Origin: an uncultured Gammaproteobacteria bacterium | GTDB taxonomy: Bacteria; Pseudomonadota; Gammaproteobacteria; UBA9214 | Assembly (NCBI GenBank): GCA_963748215.1 | Contig: CAVVHS010000003.1 | Location: 1 to 64,000 of the forward strand | Length of the DNA: 64,000 bases | Direction of reading: 5' to 3' | Shown: one piece after another, positions 29,805 through 39,971 of the stretch | How positions within the stretch are numbered: position 1 is the stretch's first letter | Layout: each line of letters opens with the position of its first letter | Notes under the pieces: generated by a model | The model's database searches: none | Told to the model about the DNA's origin: nothing | Seen by the model: only the letters and a program-made list of their open reading frames with translations | Made by a program: the position numbers and the translations under genes

Positions 29805-30472
29805 GCGCAGGCTTCCGCGTGTTGCACGAGACGGCCGTGTTCCAGCGCCAGCACGGGGTAGTCGAGCGAGCGGATCAGCGGAATATCGTGGCTGGCGACC
29901 AGCACCGTGACGCCGACGTCATTGAACAGGCTGAACAGCTGCATGATTTCCCGCGAGAGGTCCGGGTCGAGGTTGCCCGTCGGCTCATCGGCAAGCAGCA
30001 GCATGGGCTTGTTGACCACGGCTCGCGCGATGCCGACACGCTGCTGTTCGCCGCCGGAGAGCGTGATCGGGTAAAGGCGTTCCTTGCTGAGCAGGCCGAG
30101 CTTGTCGAGCGCTGCACGCACGCGCCGGCCGATTTCCTGGTGCCGGTAGCCGGCGATGACCAGCGGCAGGGCGACGTTGTCGAATACCGTGCGGTCGAAC
30201 AGCAGGTGATGGTCCTGGAAGATGAAACCGATCCTGCGGCGAATGTACGGGATACGCCGGTTGCCGATATTCGTGACGTTTTCCCCGTCCAGGAAGATCT
30301 GGCCGCGCGTGCCGCGCTCGATCAGCGCGATGAGCTTGAGCAGGGTGCTCTTGCCGGCCCCGGAATGCCCGGTCAGGAATGCCATCGAGCCCGGCTCCAT
30401 GTGAAAGCTGATGTTGTTGAGCGCCTCGAATCCGCCGGGATAGCGCTTGCTGACGTTGGTGAATCGAATCAT
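29801..30472 (-). CDS. ftsE: Cell division ATP-binding protein FtsE
   Basis: [27 protein letters not shown]; lies between ftsY and ftsX. Confidence 0.95.
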   Translation of the reverse strand: MIRFTNVSKRYPGGFEALNNISFHMEPGSMAFLTGHSGAGKSTLLKLIALIERGTRGQIFLDGENVTNIGNRRIPYIRRRIGFIFQDHHLLFDRTVFDNVALPLVIAGYRHQEIGRRVRAALDKLGLLSKERLYPITLSGGEQQRVGIARAVVNKPMLLLADEPTGNLDPDLSREIMQLFSLFNDVGVTVLVASHDIPLIRSLDYPVLALEHGRLVQHAEACA

Positions 30473-30473
30473 T

Positions 30474-30640
30474 TATACGTTAAACGTTAAACGTTAAACG
30501 TGAGACGTGAAAGGTGAGCATCTGCACACGTGTCGTATTACGAGAATGGCACCAGTGTAATCGCAAATTGTACTTGCAACCTGTAGTAACGAAGATGTCC
30601 TGAAAACGTCTCACGTCTCACGTCTCACGTCTCACGTCTC
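30474..30640. repeat. Two heptamer tandem arrays in inverted orientation
   Basis: TATACGT (TAAACGT)3 GAGACGT GAAAGGT at 30474-30515 and (ACGTCTC)5 at 30606-30640. Confidence 0.85.
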
Positions 30641-31617
30641 TGTTGCTCCTTGCCGAACAGTGCCTCGACGAACTCGGCGGCATCGAACGCGCGCAGGTTC
30701 TCGATGCCCTCGCCGACGCCGATGAAGCGGATCGGGATGCCGGTCTTCCTGGCGATGGCAAAGATGATACCGCCCCTGGCGGTGCCGTCGAGCTTGGTGA
30801 GGGTGATGCCGGTGAGGCCGACGGCTTCGTTGAATTCGCGCGCCTGGTTGAGAGCGTTCTGGCCCGTGCCGGCGTCCACCACCAGCATCACCTCGTGCGG
30901 CGCCGTGGCGTCGAGCTTGCCCATGACGCGCTTGATCTTCTTCAGCTCTTCCATCAGGTTGGACTGGGTATGCAGGCGCCCGGCAGTGTCGGCGATCAGC
31001 ACGTCGACATTGCGCGCGCGTGCCGACTCCACTGCGTCGAAGATCACCGAGGCGGAATCCGCGCCCTGTTGCTGGGCGATCACCGGCACGTTGTTGCGTT
31101 CGCCCCAGGTCTGCAGCTGTTCGACGGCGGCGGCGCGGAAGGTGTCGCCCGCGGCCAGCATCACCTGCTTGCCCTGCAGTTGCAGGCGGTACGCCAGCTT
31201 GCCGATGGTGGTGGTCTTGCCCGCGCCATTGATGCCGACCATGAGGATCACGAAGGGGCGGGGGGTGTCGGGTATGGACAGCGGGATGCTGCAGGGCGCC
31301 AGGATAGCCTGCATGCGCTCGCGCAGCGCAGTCATCAGGGAATCGGCATCGGTGACCTGCCCCAGTGCGATCAGGTCGGTGAGATTATCGATAATCTCGC
31401 GCGTGGCCTCGATACCGACGTCGGCGACCAGCAGCGTGGTCTCGATTTCCTCGAGCAGTTCCCGGTCGATTTTGCGGTTGCTGCGCACCAGGCTGGTCAC
31501 GCTGTCGGCCAGGCTGCTACGGGTCCGGGACAGGCCGGCCTTGAGCCGCGCAAACAGACCGGCCTTTGCAGGTTTTTCCGTATCGGTCGATGATTTACTG
31601 TTCAGGAAACCTGCCAT
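30625..31617 (-). CDS. ftsY: SRP receptor FtsY
   Basis: [30 protein letters not shown]; the stop lies inside the heptamer array. Confidence 0.96.
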   Translation of the reverse strand: MAGFLNSKSSTDTEKPAKAGLFARLKAGLSRTRSSLADSVTSLVRSNRKIDRELLEEIETTLLVADVGIEATREIIDNLTDLIALGQVTDADSLMTALRERMQAILAPCSIPLSIPDTPRPFVILMVGINGAGKTTTIGKLAYRLQLQGKQVMLAAGDTFRAAAVEQLQTWGERNNVPVIAQQQGADSASVIFDAVESARARNVDVLIADTAGRLHTQSNLMEELKKIKRVMGKLDATAPHEVMLVVDAGTGQNALNQAREFNEAVGLTGITLTKLDGTARGGIIFAIARKTGIPIRFIGVGEGIENLRAFDAAEFVEALFGKEQQRRET

Positions 31618-31715
31618 CGGATTTGTTGTCTGTGTATGAATCGGGAATTCTTCGGCTGGATATCCTATCATCCTGACCCTCTCGGGGTAACCATCGCAAT
31701 ACGGGGAGAAAATCA

Positions 31716-33083
31716 ATGCGGAATCTGCTTGCAATTATCCTGGCCCTGTTCGGTCCGATGGCATCAGCTGGCGGTGACGTCAATGAATACACGCTCGATA
31801 ACGGGTTGAAACTCATCGTCAAAGAGGACCATCGTGCCCCGGTGGTGGTGTCGCAGGTGTGGTACAGGGTCGGTGCGAGTTACGAAACCGATGGCATTAC
31901 CGGTATATCGCACGTGCTGGAGCACATGATGTTCAAGGGTACCGATAGCCATCCGCCCGGCGAGTTTTCGCGCATCATCGCCGGCAATGGCGGCCAGGAG
32001 AACGCCTTCACCAGCCAGGATTACACGGCCTATTTCCAGCGCCTGGAGCGCAGCCGCCTGCCGGTCAGTTTCGAGCTGGAAGCGGACCGGATGCGCAAGC
32101 TGCACCTGCAGGACGAAGAATTCCAGAAAGAAATCAACGTGGTAATGGAAGAACGCCGAATGCGTACGGATGACAAGCCCACGGCGCTGACCTACGAGCA
32201 GTTCATGGCCGCCGCCTACACCGCCAGTTCCTACCGCACGCCGACCATCGGCTGGATGAACGACCTCGAAAACCTCGAACTGGCCGATCTGCAGGCGTGG
32301 TACCAGCGCTGGTATGCGCCGAATAACGCCATCGTTGTTGTGGTTGGCGATGTGCAGCCCGCGGACGTGCTTGCGCTGGCGAAGCAATATTTCGGGCCGC
32401 TCAAGCCCGAGACTATCATCCAGTCCAAGCCGCGCGTCGAACCACCCCAGCAGGGTCGACGTGACATCCGGGTCGAGGTCCCGGCCGAAGTCCCCTACAC
32501 TGTCATGGGTTTCAAGGTGCCGGTGCTGAAAACGGCCGGGGACGACATGGAACCCTATGCGCTTGAGGTGCTGGCCGGCATCCTCGACGGCGGTGACAGT
32601 GCGCGCCTGGCTACCGAGCTGGTGCGCGGCAGCCAGGTCGCTTCCAGCGCCGGCGCCGGTTATGACCTTTACAGCCGCCAGTCGGACCTGTTCCTGCTGG
32701 ACGGCACACCCTCCAAGCGGCACAGTGTCGCCGAGCTGCAGCAAGCCCTGCTGGAGCAGATCAGGCGCCTGCAGGAAAAACCGGTAACACCGGACGAACT
32801 GGCGCGCGTCAAGGCCAGGGTGGTCGCCAGCGCGGTGTACGAACAGGATTCCACCTTCTACCAGGCCATGAAAATCGGCCAGCTGGAGGCGGTAGGACTC
32901 GACTGGCGGCTGGCGGATGACTACGTGGCACGCATCAAGGCGGTGACTGCGGACCAGCTGCAGGCGGTGGCCGGCAAGTACCTGGTCGAGAAAAACCTGA
33001 CCGTGGCGGAACTGGTGCCGCTGCCCATGGATTCCGGACGCAAGCCGCGTGCGGCCATGCCGGAGGGTGCCCATGTCCACTAA
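31716..33083 (+). CDS. M16 family zinc peptidase (active subunit)
   Basis: Signal peptide, HVLEH (HxxEH), NAFT, WYAPNNA. Confidence 0.92.
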   Translation: MRNLLAIILALFGPMASAGGDVNEYTLDNGLKLIVKEDHRAPVVVSQVWYRVGASYETDGITGISHVLEHMMFKGTDSHPPGEFSRIIAGNGGQENAFTSQDYTAYFQRLERSRLPVSFELEADRMRKLHLQDEEFQKEINVVMEERRMRTDDKPTALTYEQFMAAAYTASSYRTPTIGWMNDLENLELADLQAWYQRWYAPNNAIVVVVGDVQPADVLALAKQYFGPLKPETIIQSKPRVEPPQQGRRDIRVEVPAEVPYTVMGFKVPVLKTAGDDMEPYALEVLAGILDGGDSARLATELVRGSQVASSAGAGYDLYSRQSDLFLLDGTPSKRHSVAELQQALLEQIRRLQEKPVTPDELARVKARVVASAVYEQDSTFYQAMKIGQLEAVGLDWRLADDYVARIKAVTADQLQAVAGKYLVEKNLTVAELVPLPMDSGRKPRAAMPEGAHVH

Positions 33084-34419
33084 CAGCCAGCGTGAGGCAA
33101 ACAGCATGACGAAACGATTACTGGGCGATGTGGCCCTGGTACTGGTGTTGCTGCTGCCGGCACTGCCGGCACAGGCCATACCGCCGATCCAGCACTGGCT
33201 GACCGATAACGGGCTGCGCGTCTACTACGTACATGCCCCCGAATTACCGATGGTGGATCTGAACATCACCTTTGCCGCCGGCAGCGCGCGCGATGACGGG
33301 CACTCCGGGGTCGCACACATGACCAGCACCCTGCTCGATACCGGGGCGGCCGGCCTCAGTGCCAGCGAGCTGGCAAACCGGATCGAGGCGCTGGGTGCGG
33401 AACTCAACACCGGTTCCGCGCGCGACATGGGCTGGGTGAGCCTGCGCAGCCTGAGTGACACTGAATACCTGCAGCCGGCGCTGGCGATCCTGGGCGACAT
33501 ACTCGGCAAGCCGGATTTCAACAAGCGCGACTTCGAACGCGAGCGCGAGCGCACGCTGGTCGCCCTGCGCAGTGATGAACAGTCGCCGTCGACCGTGGCC
33601 GAATACGCGCATTTCGATGCCATCTACCACGACCACCCCTACGCGCTGCGCGAAAACGGTACCGAAGCGAGTATCAAGACACTGTCGCTGGCAGATATCC
33701 GTGAATTCCATGGCCGTTACTACGTGGCGCGCAATGCCGTGCTGGCCATTGTCGGCGATATTGACCGCCAGGAAGCCGAGAAGGTGGCGGAACGGCTCGC
33801 CGCACGCCTGCCGGAAGGCAAGCGCGCCGATTCCCTGCCGCCCGTGCCGCGCCTGGAAAAGGCCAGCATGGAGCGCATCTACCATCCGTCCGCACAGACC
33901 ACCGTGCGCATGGGGGCGCCGGGCATGCATCGTGGCGATCCGGATTATTTCCCGCTCTATATCGGCAACCACGTACTCGGTGGCAGCGGCCTGGTGTCGA
34001 GGCTGAGTGACGAGGTGCGTGAGAAGCGCGGCCTGTCCTACAGTGCCAGCAGCTATTTCAACCCCATGGAGCAGGACGGGCCGTACCTGCTGTCACTGCA
34101 GACGCGCAATGACCAGGCCGAGGCGGCGCTTGCCGTCATGCGCGAGACCCTGCAGAAGTTTGTCGACGAGGGTCCGACCGAAAAAGAGCTGGTCGATTCG
34201 AAGAAGAATATTACCGGCGGCTTCGCGCTGCTGATCGACAGCAACTCGAAGATCCTCAGCTACCTGGTGATGATCGGCTACTACGGACTGCCGCTCGATT
34301 ACCTGGAGAAATTCAACGAAACGGTCGAGGCCGTCACCCGCGAGCAGATTATCGACGCCTTCCGGCGTCGCGTGCAGCCGGATGCCATGGCCACGGTGAT
34401 CGTCGGCGGCGACAGCTGA
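33073..34419 (+). CDS. M16 family peptidase, non-catalytic subunit
   Basis: Lacks HxxEH; has SRLSDEVREKRGLSY. Confidence 0.88.
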   Translation: MSTNSQREANSMTKRLLGDVALVLVLLLPALPAQAIPPIQHWLTDNGLRVYYVHAPELPMVDLNITFAAGSARDDGHSGVAHMTSTLLDTGAAGLSASELANRIEALGAELNTGSARDMGWVSLRSLSDTEYLQPALAILGDILGKPDFNKRDFERERERTLVALRSDEQSPSTVAEYAHFDAIYHDHPYALRENGTEASIKTLSLADIREFHGRYYVARNAVLAIVGDIDRQEAEKVAERLAARLPEGKRADSLPPVPRLEKASMERIYHPSAQTTVRMGAPGMHRGDPDYFPLYIGNHVLGGSGLVSRLSDEVREKRGLSYSASSYFNPMEQDGPYLLSLQTRNDQAEAALAVMRETLQKFVDEGPTEKELVDSKKNITGGFALLIDSNSKILSYLVMIGYYGLPLDYLEKFNETVEAVTREQIIDAFRRRVQPDAMATVIVGGDS

Positions 34420-34624
34420 TACGGCGCAATATCACAACAAAGCCCTGCCGCGTACACGGCCTGTCGGTTGCCACTGACAGGCCGTATTGTTTTCTGACCA
34501 CTGTCTGTCCCTTGAGCCCCCGCTAAGCTGCATGCCAGGACACCCGGAAACGGGCCGGGCAGGGATGCCTGCTGTTCATCCTGGTGCAGGATCGCACCGT
34601 AGTCATACACTCAAGGAGGGGCTT

Positions 34625-35275
34625 ATGAAACAGAAATACACGGGCTTGACGCGTCTCATGCAATCCACGCTGGTGCTTGCCACAACTTCGCTGGCGACGG
34701 GTGCACAGGCAAACACGGTGATTTCCGAAGTGCTCTACGATGCAGTCGGTACCGATCGGGGCAATGTCTTTATCGAATTGTTCGGGGCGCCGGGCAGCTC
34801 GCTGAACGGGCTGTTTCTCGAAGGCGTGAACGGCACCGACGGCAGCGTCTACAAGACCGCTGCGCTGAGCGGGCTGATCCCGTCCGACGGCGTATTCGTG
34901 ATCGGCGATGACAGCGGCAACGGTACCAGCCAGGTGAGCAATGTCGATCTCGTGCTGGATGTCGAGTTCCAGAACGGGCCGGACTCGATTGTGCTGCGTG
35001 ATGCGAACGGCGTGCTGGACGCACTTGGCTACGGCGATTTCAGTTCCGCTGTCTTTGCCGGGGAGGGCGGTGCGGCACCCGACGTCGCGGGCGGCTGGAG
35101 CCTGGCGCGCGGCAACCCGCGGGTCGACAGCGACGACAATGCAGCGGATTTCTTCGGTCTCGACATCCCGACTCCCGGCCTGGTTCCGGCCAGTCCGGTG
35201 CCGGTGCCGCCGGCGCTGGCACTGTTCCTGTCCGGGCTCGCCGGCCTGATCGGCGTGTCGCGGCGCAAGGGCTGA
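34625..35275 (+). CDS. Secreted lamin-tail-domain protein with a PEP-CTERM/VPLPA-CTERM-like sorting tail
   Basis: Signal peptide; VISEVLYD, FIELF, QNGPDSIVL and PTPG (LTD-like); C-terminal VPVPPALALFLSGLAGLIGVSRRKG. Confidence 0.75.
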   Translation: MKQKYTGLTRLMQSTLVLATTSLATGAQANTVISEVLYDAVGTDRGNVFIELFGAPGSSLNGLFLEGVNGTDGSVYKTAALSGLIPSDGVFVIGDDSGNGTSQVSNVDLVLDVEFQNGPDSIVLRDANGVLDALGYGDFSSAVFAGEGGAAPDVAGGWSLARGNPRVDSDDNAADFFGLDIPTPGLVPASPVPVPPALALFLSGLAGLIGVSRRKG

Positions 35276-35363
35276 GCACGTGTCCGGCGGGGATCGGGCC
35301 AGGGACTGCCCGATCCCCGCCGGACGCTCGACGCCAGCGCGACGTTCATGGATCATCCCGGGG

Positions 35364-35942
35364 ATGAGTCCGAAGTCGACACAGGGCCAGCTGCGCATCA
35401 TCGGTGGCAGCTGGCGTGGCCGCAAGCTGGCGTTCGCACCGATACCCGGCCTGCGACCGACGCCCGATCGGGTGCGCGAGACGCTGTTCAACTGGCTTGC
35501 ACCGGTGATACGCGGAGCACGCTGCCTCGACCTGTTCGCCGGCAGCGGTGCGCTGGGCATCGAGGCGGCATCGCGTGGTGCGGCGGAGTGCGTGCTGGTC
35601 GAGCATGATGCACAGGCGGTGCGCGTCTTGCGTGAACAGGTGGGCCGTCTTGACGCGACGCAGGTGCGGGTGGTCGAGGCTGATGCGCTGCACTGGTTGT
35701 GCCTGGACCCGCAGCCGTTCGATATCGTGTTCCTCGATCCGCCGTTTAGTGCCGGCCTGCTGCCCGAGTGCATGCGTCTGCTCGAAGCGCGGGGCTGGCT
35801 GGCGCCGGAGACATGGATCTACCTGGAAGCCGGGGCTGCCGAGGCGCCCGAGCTGCCGGACAACTGGGAGCTGTACCGCGACAGGCGCGCCGGCCAGGTC
35901 AGTTATCGCCTGGTACGACGCAGCGCCATGCCCGCCCTATAA
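35364..35942 (+). CDS. rsmD: 16S rRNA m2G966 methyltransferase
   Basis: LRIIGG, LRPTPDRVRETLFNWL, DLFAGSGALG, FLDPPF. Confidence 0.95.
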   Translation: MSPKSTQGQLRIIGGSWRGRKLAFAPIPGLRPTPDRVRETLFNWLAPVIRGARCLDLFAGSGALGIEAASRGAAECVLVEHDAQAVRVLREQVGRLDATQVRVVEADALHWLCLDPQPFDIVFLDPPFSAGLLPECMRLLEARGWLAPETWIYLEAGAAEAPELPDNWELYRDRRAGQVSYRLVRRSAMPAL

Positions 35943-36314
35943 CGGGGCGGTCTGTTGTCTGTCTGGTGCGTTGGAAAATCCCCATGGCCTTGCGAGTAAC
36001 GCCTGGTACATGCCTGTTGCCGAACGCAGGCACCTGCAGGGTGCGGCGGCGCAGATGCCTGTGCATTCCGGGTGCGTGCTTACAAGCGCAATACGTGACA
36101 TATAGATTCGTGCAATTCCTGCCAGACGGCATTGCCTGAATGTGCCTGCTGCGTTACTGTGACGGCTGTGTGGAGTCACGCTTGTGATGCATGTCAATCC
36201 TGCACGTCATTGCATCGAAGGTGTTATCGCGCCGGCGGCTGAATACAGGTTTTCGGCATGCACCTATGTGTTACTGGCTTCAGTATGATATTTGCATGAG
36301 GAGAAAAACCGGCA

Positions 36315-36524
36315 ATGAATGATCGTCATATCGCGGGTACCGTTGCTGCTGGCGAGCGGCTCACTCCCCTGGAAGCCTATGACCTTGCCTTGCGACGGGC
36401 GCATGCCGCCCGTGCACAATTGCTGCGCAATGTACTGTTCAACTGCGCGCACAAACTGCGTGAGCGGATCTGCGCCGGCGCGGAAAAGCTGCACGTCAAT
36501 CTCTGTCCCCTGTGCTGCCAGTAG
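36315..36524 (+). CDS. Small hypothetical protein (possibly RSP_7527-like) with Cys-rich tail
   Basis: GAGGAG RBS upstream; YDLALRRAHAARAQ; ends CPLCCQ. Confidence 0.5.
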   Translation: MNDRHIAGTVAAGERLTPLEAYDLALRRAHAARAQLLRNVLFNCAHKLRERICAGAEKLHVNLCPLCCQ

Positions 36525-36664
36525 CCATTCCGCGCAGTACGCTGGTATTGTAGTCACCCCGTTTCGCCCGGAACCGGGCCGCCCGTTCATGTCACGGTTG
36601 CATCAGTCAGTACGGAATTCCCATTCGACCGCTTTCCAGCCATGCTTGCCGGGTGTCATGCCAG

Positions 36665-37879
36665 TTATTCGTAGCGCAGGGCCTCGATGGGCTGCAGGCG
36701 TGAGGCCTTGCGGGCCGGATGCAGGCCGAAGAACACGCCGATAACAGCTGCGAAGGAAAACGCCAGTACCACTGACCAGGGCGTGATGTCGACCTGGAAC
36801 TGGGAGAGTTGCCCGAGTCCAAGCGCGGTCGCGATACCGAACAGCACGCCAAACAGGCCGCCGGTGCCGCTCAGCACCAGGGCCTCCAGCAGGAACTGCC
36901 AGAGGATATCGCGCCGGCGTGCTCCCAGTGCCATGCGTATGCCGATCTCGCGGGTGCGCTCGGTGACCGATACCAGCATGATATTCATGATGCCGATACC
37001 GCCCACCAGCAGCGACACCGAGGCAATCGAACCGAGCAGCCAGGTGAACACGCTGGCGCTTTCCGCGGCAGTCTGGGCCAGTTCGGCGCGGTTGAAGATG
37101 CGGAAATCATCGTCCTGGACCGGTTGCAGGCGGTGCTTCTCGCGCAGTACGCGCTTGACCTCCTGGTAGGCGGTGCGCGCCGCGTCCGCGCCTGCCGTCT
37201 GGATCTCGATGGTGTGGATATGGGTAATGCCGAGCAGTTTGCGCTGCACGGTGGTCACCGGTGCGAGGATGGTGTCATCCAGATCGGTGCCGTGGGCGCT
37301 GGCGCCCTTTTCCGACAATACGCCGAGTATGCGGCAGGCCACGCCCTTGATGACGATGGTTTCACCCACCGGGCTGACCAGGCCGAACAGCTCGCGTGCC
37401 ACAGTTTGTCCCAGCACACACACGTGGTCGGCTGACATGACATGCCGTGTGGTGAAGAACTCGCCTTCCGCAAGCGGCCAGTTGCGCACCGCGATATAGT
37501 CGGGTGTGACGCCTTCCACCGCCGTACCCCAGTTGCTGCCGCGATAGCGCACCTGGGCGCTGCTGCGCACGCTGGGCGCCGCCGCAATTACGTTCGGCAG
37601 CAGGGCGATGGCCTCGGCATCCGCCAGGGTCAGTTTGGTGGTAGTGCCCGCGCCGGTGCGTACACCGCCGCGTGTCACGCTGCCCGAACGCACCGTCAGG
37701 CTCGAGCTGCCCATGCTCTCCAGCTGTTTCGCGATACGCTGTTGCGCGCCGCTGCCGACTGCCAGCATGGCAATCACCGAGCCTACGCCGATGATGACGC
37801 CCAGTGCGGTGAGCATGGCGCGCACCTTGTTGCGCCACAGCGAACGCAATGCGAGTGAAAAGGCCGTGGACCAGATCAT
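36665..37879 (-). CDS. MacB-type ABC permease
   Basis: LTALGVIIGV, LLVGGIGIMNIMLVSVTERTREIGIR, PIEALRYE. Confidence 0.92.
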   Translation of the reverse strand: MIWSTAFSLALRSLWRNKVRAMLTALGVIIGVGSVIAMLAVGSGAQQRIAKQLESMGSSSLTVRSGSVTRGGVRTGAGTTTKLTLADAEAIALLPNVIAAAPSVRSSAQVRYRGSNWGTAVEGVTPDYIAVRNWPLAEGEFFTTRHVMSADHVCVLGQTVARELFGLVSPVGETIVIKGVACRILGVLSEKGASAHGTDLDDTILAPVTTVQRKLLGITHIHTIEIQTAGADAARTAYQEVKRVLREKHRLQPVQDDDFRIFNRAELAQTAAESASVFTWLLGSIASVSLLVGGIGIMNIMLVSVTERTREIGIRMALGARRRDILWQFLLEALVLSGTGGLFGVLFGIATALGLGQLSQFQVDITPWSVVLAFSFAAVIGVFFGLHPARKASRLQPIEALRYE

Positions 37880-37880
37880 C

Positions 37881-38558
37881 TCAGCCCTCCAGCCGTCCGT
37901 CGCGCATGGTCAGCCGTCGCTGCGCATGCCCGGCGACCTCCTGTTCGTGGGTGATGAGCACGATGGTCACCCCGTCCCGGCTGTTCAGTTCATCGAGCAC
38001 GGCGAGGATCTCGCCGCTGGTCGCGCTGTCGAGGTTGCCGGTCGGCTCGTCGGCCAGCAGCAGCGCCGGTTGCGTGACCAGCGCCCGGGCCAGCGCCACG
38101 CGCTGCTGCTGACCACCGGACAGCTGGCTGGGCTGGTGACCGGCACGTTCGCCCAGCCCCATGCGGTCGAGCATGGCGCGGGCACGGCCATGTCGCGTCT
38201 GACGGTCAATGCCGGCGTATACCAGCGGCATTTCCACGTTATCCAGCGCACTGGTCCGCGCCAGCAGATTGAAGTTCTGGAACACGAAGCCGATGGCGCG
38301 GTTGCGGATGGCAGCGAGTTCGTCCGCATTCATACGGGTTATGTCCTCGCCGTTCAGCATGTAATTTCCGCTGTCGGGGATGTCCAGGCAGCCGAGGATG
38401 TGCATCAGCGTGGACTTGCCGGAACCGGATGTGCCCATGATGGCGATGAACTCGCCGGGCTCGACCACCAGGTCGATGCCGCGCAGAGCCTGCACCTGCA
38501 CGCCGTCCATGGCATAGGTCTTGTGTACGCCGGACATGCGGATGATGGGCTCACCCAT
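37881..38558 (-). CDS. MacB/LolD-type ABC ATP-binding protein
   Basis: [28 protein letters not shown]. Confidence 0.92.
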   Translation of the reverse strand: MGEPIIRMSGVHKTYAMDGVQVQALRGIDLVVEPGEFIAIMGTSGSGKSTLMHILGCLDIPDSGNYMLNGEDITRMNADELAAIRNRAIGFVFQNFNLLARTSALDNVEMPLVYAGIDRQTRHGRARAMLDRMGLGERAGHQPSQLSGGQQQRVALARALVTQPALLLADEPTGNLDSATSGEILAVLDELNSRDGVTIVLITHEQEVAGHAQRRLTMRDGRLEG

Positions 38559-38562
38559 GATG

Positions 38563-39765
38563 TCAAAACAGGCTGAAGCCGCGGTAGCGGCCGCCGGCGT
38601 CCTGTTTGCGTGCGGGCACAGCCACCGACATGCCCTCGTTCGCGTGCTCACCGGCGATCTCGGTTTCCTTCTCGCCGACCAGGCCGGCCTGCACCTTGCG
38701 CGGTTCCAGCCCGGATGCGCCTTCTGTCCAGAGCATGGATTCACCCGCCACGAGTTCCCTGCGCAGTCTGCCGAGTTCCGTCGCCGGTAACTGGGGTACA
38801 AAACGCAGTGCCTCGTTCGGCGCCTTGAGAACATTCCTGCGACGGTCCACCTCGATGGATACCGTGGCGGTCATGCCTGGCTTGAGTGCGAGATCGGCAT
38901 TGTCGACATGGATCACGCAGTTGTACTTGACCACGCCGGCATCGACTTTCGGTTCCAGCCTTACCTGCACGAGTTCGCCGCTGAACGCGCGGTCAGGATA
39001 GGCGAACACAGTGAAATTCACCGGCTGGCCCTTCTTGACCATGCCGATATAGGCTTCGTCCACGTCGGTCTCGATCTGCATGCGAGTCAGGTCCTGCGCA
39101 ATCGTGAACAGCGTGGGCGCCTGCAGGCTGGCGGCCACGGTCTGCCCCCTGTCGACATTGCGCGAGATCACCACCCCGTCGATGGGGGCGCGGATAATGC
39201 TGTTGTCGAGATTGAAGCGTTCATGATCCAGCGTGGCGTCGGCCTTGGCCATGGCGGCTTCCTTTTCACGCAGCTCGACTATCGCGCTTTCCAGGGCGAA
39301 CTGTGCCGTGTCGATATCGCTGTCGGAGACCAGCTTGCGTTCCTGCAGGCCCTTGAGACGGTCCAGGTTGCGGCGTTTCTCCTTAATCGCGATCGCCGCC
39401 TTGTCACGCAGGGCCTCGGCGTTTTTCAGGCTGGCCTGTGCCTCGGCCAGCTTGGCCCTGAACAGCGACGGCTCGATGCGGGCGATCACGTCGCCCGCAT
39501 GCACCGGTGTGTTGAAGTCGGCCTCCAGCGACTGGATGGTACCCGAGACCTGACTGCCGACCTGCACGGTGATCAACGGGTTCAGCGTGCCGGTGGCCGA
39601 GACGGTCGCCACCAGGTCGCCGCGGGTCACCCTGGCGGTGTTCCAGGCGGGGGGCGACTCGTCCTGCTGTCCGGGCAATAGCAGGTAAACCGCACCGGCG
39701 GCGGCAAGCAGCAATGGCAGCCAGAGTATCCACTTGCGGTGGGAGTGCGTTCGTGTGTGAGCCAT
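38563..39765 (-). CDS. MacA-type periplasmic adaptor (membrane fusion protein)
   Basis: VQVGSQVSG, IRAPIDGVV, GQTVAASLQAPTLF, LKPGMTA. Confidence 0.9.
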   Translation of the reverse strand: MAHTRTHSHRKWILWLPLLLAAAGAVYLLLPGQQDESPPAWNTARVTRGDLVATVSATGTLNPLITVQVGSQVSGTIQSLEADFNTPVHAGDVIARIEPSLFRAKLAEAQASLKNAEALRDKAAIAIKEKRRNLDRLKGLQERKLVSDSDIDTAQFALESAIVELREKEAAMAKADATLDHERFNLDNSIIRAPIDGVVISRNVDRGQTVAASLQAPTLFTIAQDLTRMQIETDVDEAYIGMVKKGQPVNFTVFAYPDRAFSGELVQVRLEPKVDAGVVKYNCVIHVDNADLALKPGMTATVSIEVDRRRNVLKAPNEALRFVPQLPATELGRLRRELVAGESMLWTEGASGLEPRKVQAGLVGEKETEIAGEHANEGMSVAVPARKQDAGGRYRGFSLF

Positions 39766-39971
39766 GAAACCGTTCCAGTGCCGTGCGGCGAATCAGACGC
39801 ATTGACCAATCCGACGCACTGGCTTCGCCGTTTTCACAACATGCGGTTGCATGCGCGTATAGCTGGCCGCTACCGCCGGTTGCTCCCGGTAATCAGAGCT
39901 GCCTCCTGCGCGGAAGTTCAGTCGCATGCTGCCGCCCGTACGGGAAAAATCGGAAACTGCAGTGCCTGCCG

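Noticed and set aside
30474-30640. CRISPR array
   Set aside because: These are 7-bp tandem units without unique spacers, and there are no cas genes in the window.
36184-36197. FNR/CRP-like box GTGAT-N4-GTCAA
   Set aside because: Two mismatches to TTGAT-N4-ATCAA and no supporting promoter position; could be chance.
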